Sequence record: MT612989.1
Strand: one strand, 5' to 3'
DNA: 64,000 bases
Numbering within the stretch: position 1 is the first letter of the stretch; each line of letters starts with the position of its first letter. This document shows positions 8,615 to 17,474 of the stretch, piece by piece. The translations under genes were made by a program, and so were the position numbers. Below the pieces are notes generated by a model. The model saw only the letters and a list, made by a program, of their open reading frames with translations. It made no database searches and was not told where the DNA came from.

Positions 8615-9208
8615 TTATTCGTGAATAAAATCTAATAGCTTTGACATATGATGAACGTCTGCTCGTTCGTCATATCGATTGAGGTGTACCACTTTAAGGT
8701 CGTGAAAACACTTCTTGATTTGCTCAGTATTTTCTAACTGATCATCAATGAAACCGATCACGTCGTGATCTGATACTAGCTGAGAGACATAACCGACTTT
8801 GCTCTCATCACCGCGAATAGTAATCAATTCGCTGAAACAACCCGGGAAGAATGTTTCTAAGTTGAACTTGCGCACAAGCCAGTGATCAGTTGAATCACCG
8901 AATTTAGTCAGCGCAACAAGATTGTATTCTTTCGCGATTTTGTGAACGTTCTCTACCGCATCAGGGAACGCAGTCATGTACTTACCGTGCTCAAGATTAT
9001 ACTTCTCAAGTAAGTCAAATGCTATTGAACGCTGCTCGACACCGAATAAATCACGTACGTCAACATGCTCTTTAGCAGTGAAGTGTTTTAATGCAAGAAC
9101 GGGGTCGATACCACATCGCTTGCAGAATAGCGGTAGCTGGCTTGCCCAATCAATAAGCACACCATCTACGTCGAAAATTAGAGTAGGTTTTTGTTTCTTG
9201 TCTGTCAT
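8615..9208 (-). CDS. HAD-family hydrolase (T4 gp30.2-like)
   Basis: LIFDVDGVL motif I, FIDD motif; probable start MTDKKQ at 9208. Confidence 0.8.
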   Translation of the reverse strand: MTDKKQKPTLIFDVDGVLIDWASQLPLFCKRCGIDPVLALKHFTAKEHVDVRDLFGVEQRSIAFDLLEKYNLEHGKYMTAFPDAVENVHKIAKEYNLVALTKFGDSTDHWLVRKFNLETFFPGCFSELITIRGDESKVGYVSQLVSDHDVIGFIDDQLENTEQIKKCFHDLKVVHLNRYDERADVHHMSKLLDFIHE

Positions 9209-9221
9209 AATATATTTCTCG

Positions 9222-9419
9222 TTACATATATTCAGCGCCCGTGAAGACAATGAACATAAAAGTAAAACAAAACACAGCAACAGCTACTAACAATGCAGTT
9301 ACACTAGCTATCATTGAATCGAATTCGTCTTCAATAATCTTATTGACTACATATACTAATGGCGTTGCTGATACGAATACTAGAATAACACCTAGTGTTG
9401 CTAATAAAATTTGAATCAT
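9222..9419 (-). CDS. small membrane protein
   Basis: two hydrophobic helices; GGAG SD before ATG 9419. Confidence 0.65.
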   Translation of the reverse strand: MIQILLATLGVILVFVSATPLVYVVNKIIEDEFDSMIASVTALLVAVAVFCFTFMFIVFTGAEYM

Positions 9420-9445
9420 ATTGTGCTCCTTTATTTGAAGCATCT

Positions 9446-9481
9446 ATGATAATGAAAAGGGCTGCAAATTGCAACCCTTTT
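9446..9481 (-). promoter_or_regulatory. early promoter whose -35 lies inside a terminator hairpin
   Basis: TTGCAA-N17-TATCAT; hairpin AAAAGGGTTGCAATTTGCAGCCCTTTT. Confidence 0.65.
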
Positions 9482-9483
9482 GT

Positions 9484-9993
9484 TTATTTCATCCACTGTT
9501 TGCGCTTTTTAGAGCGTTTCCACCCGCGCTGTGGAGATTTGTAAGACGATAGACCATCCCAATCTAGAAGACAGCGAACTGTATGAGCACGTTTTTTGCG
9601 AACTACTTTACCGTATTCGGCTTCAATCTCGTCTTCACAGAACTTGTTATGATGCATTTCAGACATCAAACCGTTACCGCGTCGAGCATGAATCCAGTTC
9701 TTGTAGCAACCAGTATGTGGCACTGGCGTGTAACGAAACACGTAGTTACCTTTGTAACGTGCTAGACATTCACCATTTCGAATTAGGTCAATCATACGTC
9801 TTGCGCTAGTTGACATGTAAAACCCAACACGTTCTGGGCTCCAGAAGCTCTGATAACGAACGTATGTTCTAGCCCACTCAGGTACCCATTCACCATCCCA
9901 TAATTCGAAAACATGATGAGGTCCCATTTCGCGTGAGTTGTATAGTGGTAGATCTTTTTCTTTTACGCCTTTGTATTTTTTGACTTCAGTCAT
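9484..9993 (-). CDS. hypothetical protein (basic, Trp-rich)
   Basis: 169 aa ORF with GGAG SD. Confidence 0.7.
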   Translation of the reverse strand: MTEVKKYKGVKEKDLPLYNSREMGPHHVFELWDGEWVPEWARTYVRYQSFWSPERVGFYMSTSARRMIDLIRNGECLARYKGNYVFRYTPVPHTGCYKNWIHARRGNGLMSEMHHNKFCEDEIEAEYGKVVRKKRAHTVRCLLDWDGLSSYKSPQRGWKRSKKRKQWMK

Positions 9994-10017
9994 CGTTGTT
10001 TCTCCAAGTTAAATTAC

Positions 10018-10053
10018 TTAGTGAAACAACTCCTTACGATGAAATTTCTTCAT
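10018..10053 (-). CDS. candidate 11-aa leader peptide MKKFHRKELFH
   Basis: TAATG overlap with the upstream stop; ends within a hairpin covering the next SD. Confidence 0.35.
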   Translation of the reverse strand: MKKFHRKELFH

Positions 10054-10298
10054 TATTCAATTACCTCATACGCTTCGTTAAGGAAGTCATCAACATCATC
10101 TACGTTGATTTTGTCTTCATCTATTGCTAGTAAATCACATAGCAATTCTAAAATATCATGTTTACGAATTGTCCCATGACTGAATACAGTCTGACCAATC
10201 CATTCGGCTACCGACCAGTAATAGTCTTCAAAATCACCATCGCATTCGTAATTTGCTAGGTTGTACTGCTCTAGAAGCATATTCAAATCGTGCGTCAT
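10053..10298 (-). CDS. hypothetical acidic protein
   Basis: 81 aa, AAGG SD. Confidence 0.65.
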   Translation of the reverse strand: MTHDLNMLLEQYNLANYECDGDFEDYYWSVAEWIGQTVFSHGTIRKHDILELLCDLLAIDEDKINVDDVDDFLNEAYEVIE

Positions 10299-10338
10299 TG
10301 TATTACCTTTTATTGTTTTATTTGACGCACGTATTTAA

Positions 10339-10527
10339 TCATTTAATTTTGAACAATTTCATCACGATTAGAGCAATCATTAGTACTGGCGTGATGACTG
10401 TCGATAATAAATTCACCACGGTTTTACTCGCTTGACCACCGTTTTGGCGGTACGTTTCGTGTAATGTATCTTGAATCGCAACTGTCAAAAGTGCACCAAT
10501 CAATAAGTAAACAAAAATAAAAGTCAT
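10339..10527 (-). CDS. small membrane protein
   Basis: two hydrophobic segments; ATGA overlap. Confidence 0.6.
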   Translation of the reverse strand: MTFIFVYLLIGALLTVAIQDTLHETYRQNGGQASKTVVNLLSTVITPVLMIALIVMKLFKIK

Positions 10528-11252
10528 ATGTCGAAAATCCTAAGCCCATATTCTGGGTTTTCTGAGCCGTATGCACGTGGGTTACACAGTACATTACAGC
10601 CATTTACGTGATAGTCAAATTCTTGATGAACATGACCGTGAATTGCAAAACTGAACCCTTCAAGTAAATGGTCAAGGTCAGTGCAATAAAAACTATTCGT
10701 ACTTGAATACGCATAGTAAGATGAAATGCTCTTCAGAGAAGGGGCGTGATGTGTGATTAACACTTTCTTACCTTCAATCTCGCGACATTTCTCAATAAAT
10801 TTGACTGATTTACAATGAAGTGCATGTACATCTTCACCGTACAAAGGTCGCCATTGCGGACCGCGAATCTTACGACGGTCATTCATATTGTCTTTCCAAC
10901 GTTGACCCTCAAACCAGTCATTGACTTCGTGCCACAGCGTAGTTCCGCAGAATGTCACGTCGTCAATCTGAACTGTATTTTCAAGCAAGACGTGAACATT
11001 GTCAACCGAAGTTTCAAATTTATGTCGCTCGTGAATCGCGAGACCCCACCAATCGTGATTTCCCGGCACTGCGATAACAGCGCGCCAACGGTCGGCTACA
11101 GCTTCTAAATCGCGCACTGTGCGCCCTTTGCTGTTAATGTCACCCGCTACTACCAATACAGCGTCTTTGTCGCCTGTAATCGATTCTAGCGCGTTCTCTG
11201 CGTGATAGTCGTTGTGAATATCACTACAGTAATAAACTTTTAAATTTGCCAT
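10524..11252 (-). CDS. calcineurin-like metallophosphoesterase
   Basis: SDIH, AGDI, PGNHD, THHAP, HGHVH motifs. Confidence 0.9.
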   Translation of the reverse strand: MANLKVYYCSDIHNDYHAENALESITGDKDAVLVVAGDINSKGRTVRDLEAVADRWRAVIAVPGNHDWWGLAIHERHKFETSVDNVHVLLENTVQIDDVTFCGTTLWHEVNDWFEGQRWKDNMNDRRKIRGPQWRPLYGEDVHALHCKSVKFIEKCREIEGKKVLITHHAPSLKSISSYYAYSSTNSFYCTDLDHLLEGFSFAIHGHVHQEFDYHVNGCNVLCNPRAYGSENPEYGLRIFDI

Positions 11253-11524
11253 CGAATCTCCAAAATATTATCGACATAAAATGCGTTGTAGTTGTGTAAA
11301 CGCAGATATTCAATCAATAGGCGTTTCATACTATGACTTTCAATACCTGGCAATTCGTCTTGCATTCTGATATTAATACCAAAGCGCATTTCATCAGTTG
11401 CTTGCGCAATGCGCTCATCTAGATGTTCTAGATCATCAACGGGAAACTTCTCTTCCATTACTTTGATGCTGCGTGCGCGTGCTTCTTCTGCTTTCATAAT
11501 CATGCTCATGACTTTCGTCTCCAA
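11240..11524 (-). CDS. hypothetical protein
   Basis: 94 aa ORF in operon. Confidence 0.6.
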   Translation of the reverse strand: METKVMSMIMKAEEARARSIKVMEEKFPVDDLEHLDERIAQATDEMRFGINIRMQDELPGIESHSMKRLLIEYLRLHNYNAFYVDNILEIRWQI

Positions 11525-11898
11525 TCAATTATAGTCAATATCATGCGTTCAGAACCGTGTTCCATCAACATACGATTCACATAAGCAAGTGCTAAACTGT
11601 GAGTCTCGTATTGCAAGTAGCCAATTTCGGACGGCTCGTAAGAGTTGATTCGATTTTTAATATCGAATGTATTCTTCACTGCTCTGATATTATAACCTAA
11701 TTTCTCGAACTCTGCAACCGCTGATTCATAAAATTCAGCTTTTATACCGACTTTTATCTCAAGCTCTGTATCAGCTATTTTATCAATTGATTTCAAAGTG
11801 TTATACAGAAAATCTTGAAATTCTTCGATTTTCTTTAACTGACGGTCGGACGGTTGCTTCGGCTTATAGCGTGACCGCATACTAGCAGCATCAAACAT
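11506..11898 (-). CDS. hypothetical protein
   Basis: 130 aa ORF in operon. Confidence 0.65.
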   Translation of the reverse strand: MFDAASMRSRYKPKQPSDRQLKKIEEFQDFLYNTLKSIDKIADTELEIKVGIKAEFYESAVAEFEKLGYNIRAVKNTFDIKNRINSYEPSEIGYLQYETHSLALAYVNRMLMEHGSERMILTIIDWRRKS

Positions 11899-11909
11899 AA
11901 TATTTTCTC

Positions 11910-12176
11910 TCAGAAGTAGTCAGCGTACCTATCTAAGATTCGCTTCGGGATTTTTAAGTTTACAAATCTCTTACCTTTCAAACCACCATCATATGCGATT
12001 TCTGCAATCAGATCTTCGTACATGTCTGGTTCAAGTTCGTCGATAATGTCCTTGTACTCTTGTGGAAGCTGTCTCTTCAGCTTCTTAACGAGCGCGTGAA
12101 TCTCATTTATCGTGAGATCACGCAACTCTTGGTATGTCATTTCGTTTAGGGATATTTCAATAAAAGACTTTAGCAT
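11910..12176 (-). CDS. hypothetical protein with possible gp21 propeptide (MLKSFIEISLNE)
   Basis: GGAGG SD; ATTAAATA at 12195-12202 upstream. Confidence 0.65.
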   Translation of the reverse strand: MLKSFIEISLNEMTYQELRDLTINEIHALVKKLKRQLPQEYKDIIDELEPDMYEDLIAEIAYDGGLKGKRFVNLKIPKRILDRYADYF

Positions 12177-12193
12177 AATGCCACCTCCGTCTC

Positions 12194-12415
12194 TTATTTA
12201 ATCCCTAGTAGCTTACCAATTACGGTCATTGGTAGATAAAAAATGACATAAAACAAAATGTAAATCGCAATCTGTACGCCGAAACCTAGTGATAGCATAG
12301 CGACGTAAAGCTGCACGAGGTAATAATCTACCTCGGCTGTCGCTGCTTCGTTCAGTTCGCCGCGAAACTCGCGACACATATCTTCTAGAATTCGAATGAA
12401 ATTGCTCATTACCAC
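12194..12415 (-). CDS. small membrane protein
   Basis: hydrophobic C-terminal half. Confidence 0.6.
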   Translation of the reverse strand: MVMSNFIRILEDMCREFRGELNEAATAEVDYYLVQLYVAMLSLGFGVQIAIYILFYVIFYLPMTVIGKLLGIK

Positions 12416-12651
12416 ATCACCTCAAGTTTCTCACCTGTAATGAACGCATCATAGCCGAGACTAATCAAAATACTACGAATAGTATCGCGCTCACTTTCAG
12501 TCAATTTTTCTGTTTTGAAGTCAACTCGCGACTTCGTGGGAGAAGCGACTTGAATTGCAAAATCTAGCTCTTCAAGTGACTTCTCAACAGCAGGCGAAAG
12601 TTTCTTCCGCTTTGCTCTTGCCTCTTTTGCTGTAATCATTGGGTCATCCAA
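12409..12651 (-). CDS. hypothetical protein
   Basis: 80 aa ORF overlapping the topoisomerase stop. Confidence 0.6.
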   Translation of the reverse strand: MDDPMITAKEARAKRKKLSPAVEKSLEELDFAIQVASPTKSRVDFKTEKLTESERDTIRSILISLGYDAFITGEKLEVMW

Positions 12652-14441
12652 TCCTTACGTTTATCAGTGTCATTACCGAACAATAGTTCAAAACAATTTG
12701 GGTCATCGATTACAATATCATCAAAAACTGGCTCGTTAATAACTTTTTTGTATTCTTTTTCAGTCAGTGAACCCAAACCCTTAATGTAACGAATCTTCCA
12801 CGTTTTACTCAGTTTCGCCTTGCGATACTCTTCAATAGAATAAAACCATTTCGTTTCTTTATTCTTCGATGCAATGACTACTGGTGTACGAACGAACTTG
12901 ATTCGCTTCTGCTTGTAAAGCTCTGGCCAGTTGTAGAAAAACGCAAGCAACAACGGGAAAATCGAACCTTTACCATCAACGTCCGCATCAACTAAGATAC
13001 CAATGTCTTTATAGTACATGTCTCGAATGTCGTCATTACCGAGCTGAATGTTCAGCACTGACATGATATCGCATAGCTCTTTGTTTTTCATGATCTCGGC
13101 AGGGCGTTTACCCCATGTGCTCAGTACTTTACCGCGCAACGGAATACCACCATGCTTTTTACTGTCACGAACTTTAATCAAGTAACCAATCGCTGACTTA
13201 CCCTCAGTCAAGAACAGCGTACCACCTGGCTGCGAAGCCTTGATATGCTCTGCAACTTTCGCTTGTTGAGCTTTCTTCTGCTTGCGTGCTAGTTCTCGCG
13301 CTTCGGCTGCTTGTTGTTTAGCAAGTAACGCTTCAATAATCGGCATGATGATATCATCTTCTGCCAGAATCTTCTTAGCGATTTTGTCATATGCTAAGTC
13401 TTTCAAGTATGGTGACACTTCACCTTGAGAACTAGTTAGACGTTCTTTTGTCTGACTGTCAAACTTAGGGTCTGTGAAGTTACGAATGAACAACCCGAGT
13501 GTCAAACCATTCTTTAATTGTGGTTTTGGTACATTGATTTTATGCTTGCGCTTAATCATCGGGATTAATTCATCTGAAAGTTTATTGATGAAGTAATCTA
13601 CGTGGGTACCACCATTAGATGTATTTACACCATTGATGAAGCTGTTATGTCTGAATTCATCAGACGGCGCGACAAACAGCGCAACGTTGTCAAATTCAAA
13701 CGCAACTTCTGTGTTAAACATCTTTGCGTATTGCTTCAGCGTAGGGGCGTGTTTCTTCCCGTTGTACTTGAACGTAATCTCAGGGAATGCGACTGACAAC
13801 GACGCGAGACGGTCTTTGATGATCTCTTCGTCTTGAGGGGAGATACCAAATACACCAAAGCGGTTAAAATCAGGGATGAATTCAACTGAAGTCCCTTTCG
13901 TACCGCCTTTCGAAGTTCTAACGAAAATACGATCTGCATTGTTAGAACAGCTTACTGTTACTGTGTTTTTACCGTCACACGTCTTACCAATGAATTGATG
14001 ACTGAAGTAGTTGGTCAGTGCAGCGCCAACACCGTTCATACCAACAGTTGTTCGGTCATCTTCGAAGTTACTACCTGCTTTAGTACGTGTCCATGCAGCT
14101 TCAGGTCGAAGAAGCTCTTTACCATCTGGGTCTAGAACTTTGTCTTGCGGAATACCGCGACCGTTATCTGAGATAGTGATTCGATTACCTTCGATTTTCA
14201 CTTCAATAACATTGGCAAATTTGAACTTAGTTCGAATCGCTTCATCAAGAGAGTTATCAATAACTTCGTTGATAATCTTCACAAGACCCGGTACGTACTC
14301 GATTTTCTTGAAATCACCTAAGACAAAACGCTCATGTTCTTCTCGATCAACTGACCCGATGTACATACCCGGTCGTTTAAGAACGTGTTGTTTGTCTGAT
14401 AAAATTTGAAAGTTGTCTTTTTTAGACATCATGTTCCTCAC
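12636..14441 (-). CDS. 39: DNA topoisomerase II large subunit (fused gp39+gp60)
   Basis: HVLKRPGMYIGS, EVIDNSLDE, DNGRGIP, GMNGVGA, LTEGKSA, PLRGK, DADVDG, YIKGLGSL. Confidence 0.97.
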   Translation of the reverse strand: MRNMMSKKDNFQILSDKQHVLKRPGMYIGSVDREEHERFVLGDFKKIEYVPGLVKIINEVIDNSLDEAIRTKFKFANVIEVKIEGNRITISDNGRGIPQDKVLDPDGKELLRPEAAWTRTKAGSNFEDDRTTVGMNGVGAALTNYFSHQFIGKTCDGKNTVTVSCSNNADRIFVRTSKGGTKGTSVEFIPDFNRFGVFGISPQDEEIIKDRLASLSVAFPEITFKYNGKKHAPTLKQYAKMFNTEVAFEFDNVALFVAPSDEFRHNSFINGVNTSNGGTHVDYFINKLSDELIPMIKRKHKINVPKPQLKNGLTLGLFIRNFTDPKFDSQTKERLTSSQGEVSPYLKDLAYDKIAKKILAEDDIIMPIIEALLAKQQAAEARELARKQKKAQQAKVAEHIKASQPGGTLFLTEGKSAIGYLIKVRDSKKHGGIPLRGKVLSTWGKRPAEIMKNKELCDIMSVLNIQLGNDDIRDMYYKDIGILVDADVDGKGSIFPLLLAFFYNWPELYKQKRIKFVRTPVVIASKNKETKWFYSIEEYRKAKLSKTWKIRYIKGLGSLTEKEYKKVINEPVFDDIVIDDPNCFELLFGNDTDKRKDWMTQ

Positions 14442-14691
14442 TCAATTTCACATAGCAGTACGTTAACAATGCACCTAGTATAGACGCACAGCCTGCTAAA
14501 ATATACAACTTATCTAGAATGAGTAAAAAAGCTGCTATGAATGACATAACAGCCCCACTTCCACTAACGATTAACGCTATTCCCTCGATAGTCAAGTAGA
14601 CCATTAGGAAAATTGCGTGAAATATGCTCTTCAATGTGCTTATCAATTTCATCGAATGCCTCAGTGGCTGGCTTATTGATGAATACGTCAC
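14422..14691 (-). CDS. small membrane protein
   Basis: strongly hydrophobic; the true start may be downstream of the track start. Confidence 0.5.
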   Translation of the reverse strand: MTYSSISQPLRHSMKLISTLKSIFHAIFLMVYLTIEGIALIVSGSGAVMSFIAAFLLILDKLYILAGCASILGALLTYCYVKLSEEHDV

Positions 14692-15325
14692 ACATACGAA
14701 TCGCTTCGTTTAGTGCAGAATGCTTTTCAGTGTCAATGCCAGTCGGGTTAATAAGAATGAATTTACAGCCCGTCGCAGACAAATCCCAATGAATCGGGTT
14801 AATCTCAAGCGTCGAACCAACAACAATTGCAATGTCAGTCGGCAATAGAGTGTCAATATCACCCCAGAAGTGAGTGTATAATGGTGCGCCTTCATTGAAG
14901 AACACAACACCCGGTTTATCACGACGACCTGTACGCAACTCGTATTCATTGTACCCGATGTCAATAACTGTACTGTCTTTTGACGTGTAATCTTGCACGA
15001 TCTTTGTCAACTCACCGTGAATATGCTTAACGTCTTTACAACCTGCACGCTCAAGTAAATCTGATACGTTCGCAGTGTAGTTGTCAACGTCGTATTTTTC
15101 ACACAGTTCAGCAATTTTGTAGTGTGCTGAATTCGGGTGAACTTCAGCTAATTGTTTACGACGCTCATTGTAGAAACGATGTGTCACTTCATAATTGTTT
15201 GCAAATGTGTTGATGTTACACACTTCCATAATGTCGTGGTTTTCCCACAGACCGTTTGCGTCTCGAAACGTGCTGATACCTGATTCTGCATCAAGACCTG
15301 CACCGCTAAAAATAAAAATTCTCAA
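14564..15325 (-). CDS. Sir2/CobB-family NAD-dependent deacylase
   Basis: GAGLDAESGISTFRD, HIHGEL, VGSTL, INP motifs; TTG start with AGGA SD. Confidence 0.9.
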   Translation of the reverse strand: MRIFIFSGAGLDAESGISTFRDANGLWENHDIMEVCNINTFANNYEVTHRFYNERRKQLAEVHPNSAHYKIAELCEKYDVDNYTANVSDLLERAGCKDVKHIHGELTKIVQDYTSKDSTVIDIGYNEYELRTGRRDKPGVVFFNEGAPLYTHFWGDIDTLLPTDIAIVVGSTLEINPIHWDLSATGCKFILINPTGIDTEKHSALNEAIRMCDVFINKPATEAFDEIDKHIEEHISRNFPNGLLDYRGNSVNR

Positions 15326-15756
15326 AATGATTCCTTAATTGTCGCTGAGGGACCTTGTTGCCACTCAGAGTATTGTTGCTTAACTAACTCGTCAGGAATA
15401 TCATAACGCACGAAAAACGTGTTATAAACTTTTCCGTTTACAGTATTTGATTCACCGAACCACGTTTCAACTTCTTGAACTTTAAACCATTCTTTGGCTT
15501 CGGCTAACGTCATGCCAGTATAGCGGCGAATCTCATTATATACACCATACAATGCTTCTTTGATGTATATCGAATCCATTTCGCCGTCTTCATGAACAGG
15601 AATGGCAAAAATATCACAGTGTAATTCAGGGTCATACACGTCTGAACTGCGATATTCATCTGCGAGTCGTTCCATTAAATCATCACTCATGAGCATACCT
15701 CGATTAAAGTTTCGACTGCTTGTTTCGTTGGGTTTGCAATGGTTGCTAAATGCCAC
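15322..15756 (-). CDS. hypothetical protein
   Basis: ORF in operon; probable start near 15695. Confidence 0.6.
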   Translation of the reverse strand: MAFSNHCKPNETSSRNFNRGMLMSDDLMERLADEYRSSDVYDPELHCDIFAIPVHEDGEMDSIYIKEALYGVYNEIRRYTGMTLAEAKEWFKVQEVETWFGESNTVNGKVYNTFFVRYDIPDELVKQQYSEWQQGPSATIKESF

Positions 15757-15947
15757 TCTTCACCGTAAAGCTCATAACACGACCATGTCTGGTCTTCTTC
15801 GTTGAAGTAAGGACGATCAGTCCATCCCGTGACGTAACCGTTCCCGTCAACAGTCACATACTCAGTTTCGTGGTCTACAACTAACGGTATACCGCTCACG
15901 TTTACGACAGTTGAACAACCTTTGTTCATTGATAGTAAATAGCTCAT
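15687..15947 (-). CDS. hypothetical protein
   Basis: 86 aa ORF in operon. Confidence 0.6.
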   Translation of the reverse strand: MSYLLSMNKGCSTVVNVSGIPLVVDHETEYVTVDGNGYVTGWTDRPYFNEEDQTWSCYELYGEEWHLATIANPTKQAVETLIEVCS

Positions 15948-15948
15948 G

Positions 15949-16656
15949 TTATGCTCCTATTGTTTTCATCATTGCTCGTTTTTGAGCGGGTGTCATGTCC
16001 AATTCTTCAATTGAAGTCATGATTTCATCGATTTGACGCGAAGTTACTTGAATGTTGTCACACGTAATAGGCTTAGAATCGTCTATAACGCGCACTACGC
16101 GCTGTTTCATGTTCGGCAGTAGTACTTTACTAACCTGACAGCGTTTACGCGATACAGTACGTTTGAAGTCGCCTATCGTGATTTCAAAGTGTTTACCTTG
16201 GCGCTGTGCTTCAGTCGCGTACTTCACGTATAGCTTAGTGATCTCAAGATCAGTCATCGGTGTTTCAATAACTTCACCTTTGTAGCGATCAAGATATGAC
16301 TGAATAATGCTTTTGACTTTCGTCTCATCTGCAAGAAGACGTTGAATCTGCTTCAGTGTATGAGCTTCTTCAGCATTTGCTTTACTCACGGGCTGATTCT
16401 GCTCGATGTAGTTACACTTTACGTTGTTTGCAAGCTGAGTCACAAGAACACAGTTCTTTGGTTCATACGGCATAGACTCGTCAATACGCTCAACAGTCGC
16501 ACGCATTTTCTTGCTGCTTTGATTAAACGGGTGGTTTGTGTATGCACAACGACCACCGTTCTTCATGCTTTGTAATGTTTTCCATTGTTCTTCAGTGAAG
16601 TTGAATGCAATACCGCGTTTTTCACACTCTGCTTTCTTTGTGTTGTAGCTGCTCAT
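15949..16656 (-). CDS. protein with two tandem HNH-like (His-Me finger-like) repeats
   Basis: repeat 1 KRGIAFNFT..RCAYT..ERIDESMPYEPKNCVL; repeat 2 RQGKHFEIT..RCQVS..RVIDDSKPITCDNIQV. Confidence 0.55.
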   Translation of the reverse strand: MSSYNTKKAECEKRGIAFNFTEEQWKTLQSMKNGGRCAYTNHPFNQSSKKMRATVERIDESMPYEPKNCVLVTQLANNVKCNYIEQNQPVSKANAEEAHTLKQIQRLLADETKVKSIIQSYLDRYKGEVIETPMTDLEITKLYVKYATEAQRQGKHFEITIGDFKRTVSRKRCQVSKVLLPNMKQRVVRVIDDSKPITCDNIQVTSRQIDEIMTSIEELDMTPAQKRAMMKTIGA

Positions 16657-16659
16657 AAT

Positions 16660-17061
16660 TTATTCCTCAATCATACCTTGGCTTACTAGTGAACCTTTGA
16701 AACGTTTAAGAACGCCTTCCCATGCTTCGTCTGTGTAAGCATCAATATTGAACACTGCGCGAATCTTGTCAAAAAGTTCTCGACGCTGTTCGAGTGGCAT
16801 TTCTTTGCAGAATATCATGATTGCACCTTGATATTCACGTGCTGTCTCATGCAAACCTTTGTACATAAGATGATGTAGATCTAGACCTTTATGGTCAATT
16901 TCATGTGAAATCTCGCGTGATAGATGCTCACGCTTCATTTCAGTTTTGAAAATATACTTGCCTTCATCACCAGCAGCAAGTTGACCCATGTCGTAGATTT
17001 TCTTGTGCATCTCTTCAAGACGCCCGATTTTCTTTTCCCACATTTGATAAAATTCTGACAT
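16660..17061 (-). CDS. hypothetical protein
   Basis: 133 aa, GAGG SD. Confidence 0.65.
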   Translation of the reverse strand: MSEFYQMWEKKIGRLEEMHKKIYDMGQLAAGDEGKYIFKTEMKREHLSREISHEIDHKGLDLHHLMYKGLHETAREYQGAIMIFCKEMPLEQRRELFDKIRAVFNIDAYTDEAWEGVLKRFKGSLVSQGMIEE

Positions 17062-17063
17062 GA

Positions 17064-17393
17064 TTAACCCTCAAATGATTCGATAAGACGAAAGTTTTCG
17101 TAGTCTGCTTCTGAAGCAGCACGCCAATGTTTAAGTGAAACTTTACCCGCTGCTTTGATTTTGTCAATAAGCTGTGCTGACTCATAACCTGGCCATGCAC
17201 ATTTCTTTTCAACTGTAGTGCTCCACAGTTTGCGACTTTCACAATATGAACCTTTCGAATCCATGAAAAGCACTTCATGCAGCATGATTGTACCATCTTC
17301 AAGGCGCATTGCTACTTTTTGGTGTTCTGCACGCATAGAATAAACGACTTTGATTTCAGCAAATTTGATGTCGAATTTAGTTTGGTCAGTCAT
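17064..17393 (-). CDS. hypothetical early protein
   Basis: GAGAGA SD after an early promoter. Confidence 0.7.
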   Translation of the reverse strand: MTDQTKFDIKFAEIKVVYSMRAEHQKVAMRLEDGTIMLHEVLFMDSKGSYCESRKLWSTTVEKKCAWPGYESAQLIDKIKAAGKVSLKHWRAASEADYENFRLIESFEG

Positions 17394-17437
17394 AATGTTC
17401 TCTCTTTGTTTTAGGTCAACATCGTGTTGATGTAGCT

Positions 17438-17474
17438 ATAATACACAAAAGGGCTGACCGCAGTCAACCCTTTT
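17438..17474 (-). promoter_or_regulatory. early promoter/terminator composite
   Basis: TTGACT-N18-TATTAT; the -35 includes the upstream TGA stop and lies in hairpin AAAAGGGTTGAC-TGCG-GTCAGCCCTTTT. Confidence 0.6.

Noticed and set aside
12636-14441. T4 gene 60-type ribosomal bypass
   Set aside because: gp39 and gp60 domains are in one uninterrupted frame.
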